64,000 nt of DNA from Strigamia acuminata (lineage: Eukaryota): NCBI GenBank assembly GCA_949358305.1, contig OX442314.1, positions 28,272,001 through 28,336,000 on the forward strand, given 5' to 3'. The notes under the pieces were generated by a model. It had not been told where the DNA came from and ran no database searches. It saw only the letters and a list, made by a program, of their open reading frames with translations. Both the position numbers and the translations under genes were made by a program. This document shows, piece by piece, positions 1-13,300 of the stretch (positions within the stretch are counted from its first letter, which is position 1; every line of letters begins with the position of its first letter).

Positions 1-19
1 AGTAATAAAAATTAAATAC

Positions 20-514
20 CTGTCTTATCTTTATGTGTTGTAAATTGCTTGAAATGTTGCTTTTCATCCAGAAATCCGTATAATTCTCAACATTGATTGC
101 TTCAGAAATCATTCCTTTCAGTGGTAGATAACAAAGAAATAATATTTGAAAATCGCCTTTTCCTTTCGAACTTTCATCTAGTTTTTGCCAGTAGTCGGAC
201 AAAGAATTGGTATCGAGGCCAAAGTACATCAGTTCCGGGAATGTCAGTTCACCTATTGGAACATATTCAATTTCAACTTTGAAATGTCCAGCAATGTAGT
301 ATTGAATTCTTTCCATTGTTTGATAACAACAGACGGTGAAACAGACGATCAAAACAACTAACCATACCGCACGGATGAAACCACTCTTTTTTTTGTTGAA
401 AACATTGTCAATAAACTTCAAACTATCTTTGCCTGACAAGGAAGTTTGCATTTCTTGATGCACAAACCGACGGATATGGCTTCGACGAAACCTAAAAGCA
501 TTCACTACAGTCAT
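20..514 (-). CDS. First coding exon of DEG/ENaC-like channel paralog A (gene continues off the left edge)
   Basis: ATG at 514, open 495-nt exon ending at CAG|GTATT, same length as exon 1 of copies B and C. Hand translation MTVVNAFRFRRSHIRRFV...IRAVWLVVLIVCFTVCCYQTMERIQYY...LTFPEL shows a TM1 and the post-TM1 FP motif. Missing from the ORF track because the frame runs off the window. Confidence 0.85.
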
Positions 515-869
515 TTTGCATCAAAATCTACCGTGATAATGAGAATGACAACCTTGGACAAACTCATATTAACGCTCAACCTACAATTTTTAATTATAGT
601 TTACATTTCTGTATGAAAATCAATTGGTGTCTTTTGCATAAAGAAATCAATAAATATAAATAATTCATTTCTTTTAAAATTCAGCTGCATTGAGAACATG
701 AATTGAAAATTCTCAGAGTTGATTTTTTTTTATAGTCAGTACATAAATAACTAAGAAACTGTATTTCTTCGAATTAAAGTCGTCCTCGGTTAAAAGTCAT
801 GACAAAAATTCAGTTTGTGGAATACAAGTCACTGTCGATTCAGAATTTCACAAAAACAATTACTTACTG

Positions 870-933
870 GTTCATGTAATTTCTTCTCTTTCTCGGGTCC
901 CTCGCGATTCATTGTAACGAGGTTCGACTGTAT
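870..933. mobile_element. Terminal remnant of a pogo/Tigger-like MITE
   Basis: Ends ...aacgaggttcgactg|ta (reverse complement CAGTCGAACCTCG); absent from the homologous upstream flank of copy B (about 25690). Confidence 0.4.
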
Positions 934-2403
934 ATCGTACAAGTGAAACACAAAATTTTATTAATTATAGTGAGTGTGTAGATACGTAATGTAGTCAGTG
1001 ATCGATATGTTTATCAATAATTCAAATTTAAATTTAAATTTTTTTCTATCAGAAACGTAAAAAGTAATAATTATACGCTGAGGTGCATATTTTAATTTTG
1101 TCACAAACATTGGAGATAATTATACAATATCATAATTATTAGTTTTACACACGAGAGAGATCGGCACCACCCATCTCTGCTCAGTGCTCACCTCCCAGTC
1201 AGCCAATCCCGTTGCTCCATCTATTTCCACCACCAGACCGCGCGAAATTCAATTTCGCCATTTGTGGTGCATGTTTTTTTATCGCCGTTAACACGTGTCG
1301 TATTGATTGAAAACAACTATTCAAGGTAAAATCCATTTTTTGATTATATTTTCTATTTTTTTTTTCATGATGTTTCACAATTTTTTTAATGAAATATTCG
1401 TTTCTTTGATGTTGTATGCAATTTCATTTCGATTTTTGAAAAAACATTAGATTTTTTTAATCAGTTTACGAATACATTAACGTGGGTGAAACTCGCAACG
1501 AAACGGATGATAAATCAGCTCCAGTAGAACTACCCCCAAAAGAGTCGCCACAGTTACCAACATTATCATCTCCGGTTATATTGAAACCTTTATTACCGTT
1601 GACAATGTTGCCTGTAATCAAGGACATTTAAGTGTAAATTATTATCTCTAGACAAACTAAAGCCGCTGAGTGGATTAATGTTGTTAATTTTGGCCAAGAG
1701 TTCAGCCAAGAGTGTTGTTGTGTATAACTTGAATGATTATAAACTCACATGACACTTAATAGTTTTATGTAATCTCTAAACCAAGTCTAGTGACATGTCT
1801 AAAAAACTTGACTTGATGACATGCAAATAAAATGGCGACTGCCAGGTAATAGTTTAATTTATCCTGTGTGGATACTTCTATAACATGAAAGATGCCGATC
1901 GCGACTGGCGTAAACACAAAGATGGCGCATACTTTTATTTACTGCCCTTTCGTGGCATTTGTTTCGAGGGTATGCCAAAAACGTATGCTCATACATATAC
2001 GCTGAGCATGTGCAATGACATTCCTACGTTTTCGCTTTTTAATGCATTTAATCAGCAGTTCCTCTCTTTTCTGAGCCTTCCTAATCGCGCAACTCGCCAT
2101 TCAGTTCGTAAAACATCTACTGTGAAAAAAATTTCAAAATAGAATAAGCTTGAAGTTTTTATTTATCTGAAAGTGTGCCTAGAGCCTATGAATAAGAGGC
2201 ATTCTATCTTATTAATTATATCTGTTCCACAAGTGCCAATATTGTGCTAAGTCGAATAATTAAAACAAAGTGATTACAATGTTCAAGTTTTAAAAAAATA
2301 AATCTCACTCGCACTTAAATGTTAACAATTTTTAAAAGCTCTTTCAATTATAAAAAATTGTGAATATTTCAAAATAAAAAAGTAAACTTATTCAATAAAT
2401 AGT

Positions 2404-2404
<1 letters not shown>

Positions 2405-2434
<30 letters not shown>

Positions 2435-3720
2435 TTTGATCGCACTCCAAAGGAGTAAAAAGAAATGAGACACAAGTATGATACAATGATACAATGATAC
2501 AATATTGTATCATTGTATCATTGTATCATTGTATCATATGATACAATGATTATTGAACTGATAATAAGTGACGATGTAGACGCCGATGGAAATGGCGGCA
2601 ATGAGACGCACACATAGCTGACGAACATTCAAGGGCAGAGGAACGAAGCTCGATGGGGAGATTGTTCCAAGACGAGAAACAACGAAATGGGTACGATTTC
2701 GACAAATATGCAGTGATATGCGTGGCAGGTTCAAACATGTGTCTACGAGTGGTGCGAACGAAGGCCTCCGGGTGGTATTGGTTGGTGATGAAATGTGCGG
2801 GATGAGCAGGGTCGCGGAGAGCATCACACAATGATGACAAATCAAAGAGGAGCAGTAGGTTGACCAATGACAATATCTTATGTTTTCTGCAGTGCGGTGT
2901 GATGTGGTCGTACCTCGGGATTTTAAAGGCGAAACGAAGCACGAGGTTATATGCAGTAATGAGGGGGATTTTAAATCTATGAGGGGACGAATTCCAAATC
3001 GGGGAAGCATACGTGATTTTAGGATGAATTTTGGTTTTAATATACGTTGACAATTCAGGCTGGGACAAAACTCGACGGAGTTTGTTAACAATGAAGCCTG
3101 ACCGGGAGAGGAATTTTGTAAGGAGAGATATGTGTGGGGCAAATGTCAAGTGGGGGTCTAAGGTAAGACCAAGAATGGAAACCGAGTCGGTGGGGTTGGA
3201 GGACCGAGCATTAGGAACTCGTTTGAAAGTGACAATATTGGTTTTAGAGGGGTTGAGGCACATATCATGAGACGTATACCAGTCAGTTAGAATGGAGATG
3301 TCGGCTGAAAAGAGGTCGGAGGAAACGATATTAAGGTTTGATGGAGTCGTGCGGGACAGAAAATTGTCATCAACGAACGAACGAATGCTGGAAGTCAGTG
3401 GAAGATCCAGAACAGGATTGGAGACAATGTTGTACAGCAAAGGTCCGAGCACAGAGCCTTGGGTCACACCACGGGTAGAAGGAAACACAGTCTTTTTGGG
3501 GTCAGAGGCAATTTGGCATGACCGGTTGGAGAGGTACGACGAAAACAGTGTCAGCGGGATAGGACCAATGGAGAGCTTTTCCAACGAAGAGAGGGTATGG
3601 GAGTGAGACGGGGTATCAAAAGCCTTGGATACATCAGTTTTCGCAATGTGAACATGACGATGGGAGTCACAGCCACGAACGATTACGAAGTAAAGAGTAA
3701 AGATGAGCTTCAGGGCGTAA
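2405..3720 (-). mobile_element. 5'-truncated non-LTR retrotransposon (LINE; CR1/L2/Jockey-like) with RT C-terminus and (TAAA)n tail
   Basis: ORF 2550-3764 has RT motifs DVSKAFDT, GVTQGSVLGPLLY, FVDD and LGLTLD..LTF..HI. The (ATTT)n run at 2404-2437 is the 3' tail. Host flank homology resumes at about 3721 (compare 42703-42790). Confidence 0.85.
2478..2548. repeat. Inverted 8-bp microsatellite (ATGATACA)n/(TGTATCAT)n forming a palindrome
   Basis: atgatacaatgatacaatgatacaat|attgtatcattgtatcattgtatcat read directly, centred at 2503/2504. Confidence 0.85.
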
Positions 3721-4391
3721 ATAGCATAAATATAATGTGACACTAAACAAACATTAAATACCATACGTCTAAATTGATCAAGTTAACAACGTTTTTGAGT
3801 CAATGAACAGAAGAAGAAAATTCAATCAAAAGATGAAGAAATATGGAAATATACAAGTTAATAATTACGGTAATAAGCATTCAATACTAGTATAGAATTA
3901 CTAGGTGCATTCAGATTGATTAAGCAAAGACTTGAAATTTACTTTCATGAATAAAAAGGTAAGTTTATAGACAATTACTGACACAACTGCTTGCTTAAAG
4001 TTAATCAAAATAAATGGACTAACTTAAGCAAAATATGATTTAAAAGTACCATATCTGGATAGAAAAACGAGGTTATCAACTTAGTGCAGTCAAGCAGATT
4101 TTTCTGAACCAATTTGAACTACTAAAATTTTAAATGATTAGACAAGCATTAATATTCTAAAAGTTTCTTTAAATATTAAACAGTTTAAACAACATTCTAG
4201 TTTTGTAGACACAATTCAGTGAAGGGGGGGGGGTCCCCACTTCAAAATTAGTGTGTTGTACTAAAAATATAGTTATTTCTATCTACAAATTGTTTCAGTC
4301 AGTGCAACTACTAGATAAACAGTGTGTAAATAATTGATAATTAGTAATTGGAGAGCAGCATTTTACGTAACTTCAGATTTGATGCTCTGAT

Positions 4392-7300
4392 TTAGTATCT
4401 GGTTTTTTTAACTCGAGAATATGATGGGAAATGTGCTTTTATATTTATTCCGAGTACCATAAACTGATTTACTGTCTTTTGCAATAATTCTGGAATTGCT
4501 AGAATTGAAAGGCCAAGCATTAGTGCAAAAGAATTTCCAATATCGCAACACAGTCCAACTGCAGTGTAGGATAATATTTGTGTAATCTGTTCAATTATGT
4601 TATTCATTGGAATTAAACCAAGAACCTTGAGTGGAAGTAATTCAGGATGTTGAATGTACACATAAGTGTCAAATATTTGTTCTTCGCAAAGTGGATGGCA
4701 TCCACAGTCTTTCGTTACGTCAACTTTTATGGAATTCTTCATGAATAGTTGTAATGAAGAAATTGCTTCTTCAGCATTTGCACAGATATTATTTGTTACA
4801 TTATCCAAAAATGGTAGCCTAAAATTATAAAGACTTATTACAATCCGGTGCAGTAACTCATGATGCCTTCCCCTTCGACTTTCCCCATGGACCTCCTCCG
4901 AGTCCTCTTGAACCAGCCCGAAAGAATTGGCCACCTTTCACTCCCTAAGATGGGTATTTTTTGACCCAGATTCTGCGCATGCGCAAAATCCGGGTTTTAG
5001 GGAATTCCGAACATCTAGCAAATGGGGTTAGATTGTCTATTCATGTAGTGAACGCCATATGGACGTGGTGGACATGATTGACATTAGCGGAGCCTGCTGA
5101 TGATCATAATTTTTGACCTTTGGATTCCTAAGATGGGTCTTTTTTGACCCAGTTAAACTGAGTTCAAATTATAGAAAAACATAAAAAATTAAAAAAATTT
5201 CAACTGTGGTATAGTGTCTGGTGATGTTTCAAAGGAATAGTCACCAAAAATCAGATAAAAAAAAATTATTAAAATAATAATTTTTTTAAAACGGGGTCAC
5301 AAAATGACCCATCTCAGGGTTGGAAGGGTTAATGTTTGTAAACTTAGATTCTAATTTAACCAAGAACTTGAAAAAAAAATTAGAGATAGACACACGACAG
5401 TCTTATTTTGCAGTCTGATGTCACCCTGATTAATGGTGTAAGCCAGTGCAGCCCTGAATTGTGGGAAAGAATTTTTATTTCTAACTCTAGTACTCCTGGA
5501 CTTTGATGGCCCAAGTAGCAACATGCTCACATTCAAATCTGTAAAGAATTACGACTCACTTGCATCGAACAAAATTATGAATCATTTTTTTATAACAATC
5601 ATCCTGGCATCGTTTGTATTTGTCATGGTCAAGACAAGGTTGTGCTCGTAAATTTAATCGAACAATCTAAAAAAGAGCAAATGTATCAAGAGTTTATGTG
5701 TAATAAACTGATGTATTACTTTAATCATTTTAAATGTAATAATGACAAAGGTGTTATCTACAACATTTCTTCTACTTCTGAGAATTGATGGTATTTCAGC
5801 ATCATTTTGTCGAAAGTATATCTACAAAAGAAATTACAATTACCAACAATTTCTACATTTACACATGTAACTAAACATAACCGCAGTACAAGTACACCTG
5901 AGAAACCCGTCCATCTAAACAGTTTACCATTAACCATGACTTTCCCTGAAACTTATACATTACGTTACGTTTTCCACATACTCTCAGTGGTGAAAAATAT
6001 TATAAAGAACAGTCACCATAACCAATCTGTACTGAAGGACTATTACAGAATTGATCAAAACATACATGACGGCACACTGATCTGTTTAGTCTTGTAGTCA
6101 GTTTGATTAAGATCTGGAATAGCAGATATTGGTAGCAACTATTCTAACCAGATTTTTTGAATTGAATATTCCATTCTTTTATTATCATTTTTACCGTACC
6201 GAATACTTAAAATTGCAACAACATTTTTCAGTTCTCTTTTAACTGAATTGTAGCTAAATAATGGTCGAATGTAGAATCATATCTTAACACCATGATTCAT
6301 TACGTACTTTATTTTGTTATCTTTAAAAAATTATATGAAAATTGGTCATGACATGAACTTTGTTTTGACCAATATTCCATTTATTTGGCAAGAAGTTGTA
6401 CATTACTTCATACTCATGCTGATTACATATTTGACCTGCCAATGGTCGCAGACTAAAAAATATTAGTGAGCCAACTCCGGCAAATTGCAGTGGTGCTGCA
6501 ATAAGATAATGCTCGCATTAATATTTTATGTACAATTTATATAAAATGTCTATTTATCTACCGATGTCAGATTGAAAGCATGTTCCAGTTGGCATAGCTA
6601 TTTTACTCCATGTTACATTAGTTCTTACTCCCGCACCCTGAAAAAACATTTATGATCAACTATGATCAATCTAGGTTACGTTTGATGCACCGGTACAGCA
6701 GATCCTCAACTTAATGTAATGGTGTGAAATAAAGGAGTACTACTCAGTTTGATTGCTTGTTAACAAGTGGTCTTTATTATTTTCTCCTCAAACGGCTTTG
6801 TCATTGGCCTTGACATTACCGCCCTCTAGTGGGCTATTGCGACACTACATCCCTCCCCCCAATACATCTTTGAGAGACATTACAATACAATAAATTCGAG
6901 GAAAGACCATCAGATCACACAATACATAAAATATCATTAAAGATAGATTTTCACATCACATACAATTTCACTATTTCTTCTTTCCTCGAGACGTCGATAC
7001 AAAGTTCCCGTGCCATGCAGGTGTCGATCTTTGCGACTTCCGTAAAGCCACCGGTGGTTCAGCTTGTTGTGGCGGCTCAACATGAAGCATCAGCTCGGCT
7101 TGGGGTATCTGTTCTCTCTGGGGTCTCAATTCCTCATCAAGCAACGGCACAAGTTCAGTTTGGAGCGTCGGCACCAGCTCGACTTGGAGTGTCGGCTCCA
7201 TCTCCTCCTCCTCAGCCACCTCCCTCTCCACGACAACTTTCTCATCCATCTCCTCCTCATACTCCCGACCATTCCTCTCCTTCCCTCCTTCAGGTTGTCC

Positions 7301-10300
7301 ATGTATCCTTTTAAAGAAAGAAGCGTGCCAAACGACAGTTTGTGTCCCTCTCCTAGTTCCAATCTGGGATCCTGCTATCGATATTATCTTAAATGGTACC
7401 AAGTCGTACAGGGTGGTCAATTTGTTCATCTTTTTTCTCTTGATTAAACTAAATTTCCCATTGCCAAATTGTGTTCCTTCACTTGTCTCTTTTCATCTGC
7501 TAACGTCTTCATCTTCATCTTCCTTTCTTCATCTCTTTTTCTCACCAATTCATCCTCTTGTAGTGCGAATGTTTGCGGTAATCTGGTTTTTATCGGTCGC
7601 CTAAACAACAATTCGGCCGGTAGAACACCTGTCGTCGCATGCGGTGTTGCCCTATAATTCAGCAGGAATTCACCAATTTCTTTATGCCATCTCCGGCCCT
7701 CTGTCACGGCCTCCAAGATGGCTTTGTTTAAAGTCCTCATAAAGCGTTCCACTTCACCATTGGCCTCTGGCCACAATGGCGTCACACGCTAATGTTGTAC
7801 TCCCATGTCCTTTAAAAATTCAGCAAACTCGCCTGATGAAAATGGCGGCCCGTTGTCCGACTTAATAGCCTCCGGAATACCCAATTCCTTAAAACGTATA
7901 ATTGTATTACTTGCTATTTTCTTATTTTGAAGCAATCCCTAGTACAAAACTTGCAACCATTGTGGAAATCGCTGAAATAAAGTGATTAAAGGCACTGTTG
8001 TGACGGTATACAATGGCTATAAATGCTTATTTTTTCACCGGAAAGCACTGTTACGCCATTATGGTGGTATTTAGGCTATATTTGCTGTAAAACTGATAAA
8101 CGTCTGAAATAAAGTTATTTATGATGTTTCAAATACAAAGATGTTCGTTCATTAGGAATAAACACTCATTTTTACATGACACTAAAGTATCACGGCGTAA
8201 TTACGAAGAGTCGTCTGCTAAACCCGCATTTGTCAATGCTCCATGCTGCCACTAGATGGCGCGATTGCAAATTAGAGGTAAATTCGAATACAAACTTGAA
8301 GACCTCATGATTAAGTATAAACATACAAGATGTTTCGTTTAAGACTCCCCAGTCAATTTCCAGAATAAGTATATGTTTTTTTAAAAAACCAAGCAGATTA
8401 TTCTATAGCAAAGTTCGGATGACGAATCCAATGGTGTAATCATATTTCACGCCAGACATGCAACAATGCACTTTTCATTTGCTAAATCGTTAGCTGGTTA
8501 AGATAGAGCAAAATTTCCAATTACAAAGTTGTAGAGCACCATCAAATTAGTACTATCCAACTTATCTTACAAGGGGAGAGCACCAATAAGCTATCACAGA
8601 TTGTTGTAATATTAAACAAGAAGGATTGTTAGATCATGCTGAATGAGACCCTAAAATAATTTCATTCCATAAACAGCCAACAATGCAAACAATGAGCTGA
8701 AAGTTGGCACTATTTTGTCTGTGTATACATCAAATCTGAGCAATCAGGCCTAGTGTATGAATACTGTAAACAACAGTTGCTAGGTAAAAAATAGTTCCAA
8801 GATCCAAGTTCAATTTTATCATTTGAGATTCAATGATGTCATTTCCTCTTTTGATATCACATGACATATGACATCAGAACTTTGTTCAACAACATGACTG
8901 TCTTCATGAAGACAATAATAGTTTGTAGTGGTGGTCCAGTGGTTAAGGCAATGGACTAGGTATCTTTCCACACAGGTTCAAATCCTGTTGTGTGTGAAAA
9001 TTTTTACATTTATTTTTTGTTAAATTTTAGCAGTTATTTTAATGTTTGTAATTTTATATTTGTTTTCAGAAAATTTTAATTTGATTAATTTTAATTTTTT
9101 AACAAATATAAAATTACAAACATTAAAATAACTGCTAAAATTTAACAAAAAATAAATGTAAAAATTTTCACACACAACAGGATTTGAACCTGTGTGGAAA
9201 GATACCTAGTCCATTGCCTTAACCACTGGACCACCACTACAAACTATTATTGTCTTCATGAAGACAGTCATGTTGTTGAACAAAGTTCTGATGTCATATG
9301 TCATGTGATATCAAAAGAGGAAATGACATCATTGAATCTCAAATGATAAAATTGAACTTGGATCTTGGAACTATTTTTTACCTAGCAACTGTTGTTTACA
9401 GTATTCATACACTAGGCCTGATTGCTCAGATTTGATGTATACACAGACAAAATAGTGCCAACTTTCAGCTCATTGTTTGCATTGTTGGCTGTTTATGGAA
9501 TGAAATTATTTTAGGGTCTCATTCAGCATGATATAACAATCCTTCTTGTTTAATATTACAACAATCTGTGATAGCTTATTGGTGCTCTCCCCTTGTTAGT
9601 CATCTTAAGTTAATTTTTTCATTTTAAAATGAAAACAAATCAGTTAAAATAAAGCCAGCCATTGTGGCAAAAATTAAATTTCGACTGCAAAAGTACTGAA
9701 TTTCTTCAATAAATGCATTCAAATTTGCATTATTATGCAAGTAAACAAGAAAAACCACTGTATTTTTTTAATGCCTAAATTATTTTATTTTGTAAGAATA
9801 AAAGTTTTCAATTTGCTGATGTTTTCCTTTTTTTAAAAAAAAACAACAGTTAACTTAAGGTGACTAAGATAAGTTGGATAGTACTAATTTTATGATTCTC
9901 TACAACTTTGTAATTGAAAATTTTGTTCTATCTCGACCAGCTAATGAGTTAGCGAATGAAAAGTGCATTGTTGCATGTCTGGCATGAAATTTGATTACAC
10001 CATTGGATTCGTCATCCCTACTTTGCTACAGGATAGTCTGCTTGCTTTTTTAAAAAAGCATATACTTATTCTGGAAATTGACTGGGGAGTCTTAAACGAA
10101 ACACCATGTATGTTTAATCAAGTGAATGAATTATTTTAAACATTAATATAAATATATATTAATATCTGACATTGTTGAATACAATGTAACTTCCATTTTC
10201 TGCGGAATAGAACATTTGATGATCAAACAAATCATTCGAATGATCTGATTGGTGGAATCCATTTCCGGTCCTGGGTATCCAGTTTCAGTTATAACCGGAT

Positions 10301-13300
10301 TAGCATAATCTGCATTATGCTCCCCCGTATCCACTTCCAGTATTACGGGATTGGTGGGATTCACGGAAAGATCAAATTATTGACACCCACAAAACAATTG
10401 AAAAAACCCACAAAAGTATTTAATTCCAATTATACACCAATTATTCACACACTATTTTTATTTATTTTTCCACCAATTCTAGTTATCAACACCCCAAAAA
10501 TATTTATTTCCACACTGTTTACTTATACACTATTTCTCTTGATTTTGCCACCAAATATTAAACATCCCCTAGTTTTAAGTTTGCATGTCTTATAGAATGT
10601 TGGACAAGTACAAGTGGCTTCATCCCATTTGTCCCCAGTCATGGTTACAAACCAGAGGGAGTGTACGTTTGTCGGTAGGTATCGAATCGGCGCCAATTTT
10701 GAAGTTGGGTCTGCCTCAAACTCAAGTATGTGCCAATGTCTTGTTCACGCAGACAATGACCAACATGCCACCCAACAAAACGATTCAAGTACTCCTCCTC
10801 AAAGTAATCCTGAAAATCAACAACACTTGTATCCGGTCTCCACTTCTTCAACAATAGGCCTTTTGCTACGTCGAACCTGCAGATATGGCATTGAATAGAA
10901 ATGCAAAGTCATCTTTAGTTTCTGATTTCACAACAGCAATGTAGGTAGGATGAAACGTACGATTCGCATCTGAGCACCCCGCAACCAACACAGGAAAGCC
11001 CTGCCACAAAAGCTTGTATGTCGCATCGGTTTGAAGTGTTGAACACTTTTCCTGTATGGCTAGCAATCGTTTTGTGGTGTAGCAGAACCGAAAATAATTA
11101 TCCCTTCCATCATCGTCGAAAACGTCATGAAAACGTTTGGAAATCGATAAAAAGTCTTGTAAACGTTTTGGGAAAAATAATGGAATTTGGGGGTTACATT
11201 CAAGGATTTGGGGACAAAATCAATATGTGTGCATTTAAATATTTTCGGTGTTTTGGAAAATATAAATAGGGTGTCGATAAATACAACCCATTCATGGAAC
11301 CCATGTTCCAATTGGATAAGTGGCCAAATCACTTAATCCAGTCCAGGGTATATAACTCCTGACAACAGGAAGTTAGTTAGTTGTATTTGTTTTCTGCACC
11401 ACACTACAGCTGTTCACACCCACGACTTGAAGCCTGCAAGGAGTATCCCCGAAGAAGTTAAGCAGAAAATTATAAAACTGCACCAGAATGGCGTCACACA
11501 ACCTATATTAATTCTGCGCAAGCTTCCTGCAAGGCGTTCGTTGCACTCCATGTGAGCCGATTTTTTCGCTCGGCCAGCTGCAACAAAGAATTGAAGCCGA
11601 TTCTACGAGGCCACTTAGTGACGATGACGCGTTTATACTGCAACAGGGATTTAAAATTGGCGACAATGATGAAGACTGCTGGTTTAGGATTTGTTACACA
11701 GCAAATCGGTTGTTACAAATTAGTTTTAAATGCGAGATGTTGCAAGCGGATGCAACATACAAACTAAACTGGCATGGTTTTCTCGTTCTAATTGCAAGCT
11801 GTTCTGATGGACATCGCGTTTTCCATCCACTTTGTGTAGCTGTCTGCAATGCAAGTACAAGACCGCTGAAGACTTTGCATTCATATTTCGAGCCTTGTCG
11901 AATAAACCCGCGACCGTTTTAGGTGATTGTGCAGTAGCAATCACTAACGTGAGCAATCTGGTGTTTGGGGCTGACACCGTACAAGTCTATTGCTGGGCCC
12001 ACGTAATACAGAATGTTGATTTTAATATAAATAATTTTAATTTTTTAACAAATATAAAATAACAAACATTAACTTTACTGCTAAAAATAAATAAAAAATA
12101 AAAGTAAAAATTTTCAACACACTATTGTTGCCTTCATGCAGGCAGTCATGTTGATGAACAAAGTTGTGATGTCATATGTCATGAGATATCAAATTACTTG
12201 GGTTCCAGAGTAAGGTTTGAACAGGCTAATCACCAAGTGTAGTGCTACACTTGACTTTTTTACTCAGTCTATTTGCATGAAAAATGAACTCCCACAGCCA
12301 ACAAAGTTCTACTTTGGCAATGTCATTGTTATTTAACTCTAGCTTAAAGAGCAAAATGCTTTGAAATGGTTAAAGAACTACTTGTAATTGTTATCTCACA
12401 TAATTAATTTTAAAATTTTAAAATAGCTTATTAGCGCTCTCCCCTTGTCAGATGATTGGTTAAGTGTTGGTCACTCAAAAGGAACATGGAATGCGTTAAT
12501 GTGAAAAAGTTCGCTGTGACGCCATCTGTTTCTTTGCAGCATTACACAGACTGCTACAATTGGAAACAAACTAAACCATGTGTGATTATCCGGTCAGCTG
12601 AAAATGTGAAGTCACCCCGAATGGACAGCCTTGTTTAAATGACAACCCTATTGACACATATCTACGTCAGGAGGAACGAAAAAGCTGGCGCCAATTTGAG
12701 ACATACATCCAGTCAAGAAATTGTTTGTGGCATGTGAGGATTGCTAACAATGAATATGGTGTCGCTTTCTGTTGTGTAGCTAGTTGTGGTTTTGAGGAGA
12801 TAAGCCAGTGACGAGCCATCTTAGATGAGGGTCAAGACAAAAGTCGTCTTTTTAATACTCTACTTTTACAAGGGAGGTGACTACTGGTGCGTCACAAACA
12901 AAATGGGTGTAACAAACCCCTTGTTACACTTAACAATAAGCTTATGCATAATCTCGCAATCATGTGATTGGATGCAGAATGCTGGGTGCATTCGTACTCA
13001 ATCCTTAATATTGGCGCCCTATTAAAACACTGGTGCCAATACTGTTTAATTTACTGTCACGTCTGGAACTCAAGTTGATGTTTTTCCATGGTTGACTAAT
13101 TAATTTGCGCAGTTGTTAAGTTCGCGCAAATGGGTCGCAGGCTCGTGAGAACGTTCGTAACAATGCCGCCGCGCAATATGGACGGTTGGCGGTAAAACGC
13201 TCTCAACTCGCTGTTATTACAACTAATATTTTTACGACAGGTTACTCTACTTACAGTTGATGTTGTTTGTAAGAATAAACGTGCACTGGGTCAAACTTCA

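Larger units (their letters stand above)
8326..10108. mobile_element. Tc1/mariner-type MITE with long TIRs and TA target site, split by a nested palindromic element
   Basis: ta|caagatgtttcgtttaagactccccagtc ... gactggggagtcttaaacgaaacaccatg|ta; an uninterrupted copy lies at 51839-52594. Confidence 0.85.

Noticed and set aside
2534..3606. Overlapping ORFs around the LINE RT
   Set aside because: Alternative-frame and antisense shadows of the RT coding sequence.
8925..8997. Functional tRNA gene
   Set aside because: A and B boxes are present, but I could not form a proper acceptor stem or anticodon arm, and it lies in both arms of a mobile palindrome.
12770..13028. Possible short solo LTR (TGTTG...AAACA)
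   Set aside because: No target duplication or second copy found to support the boundaries.
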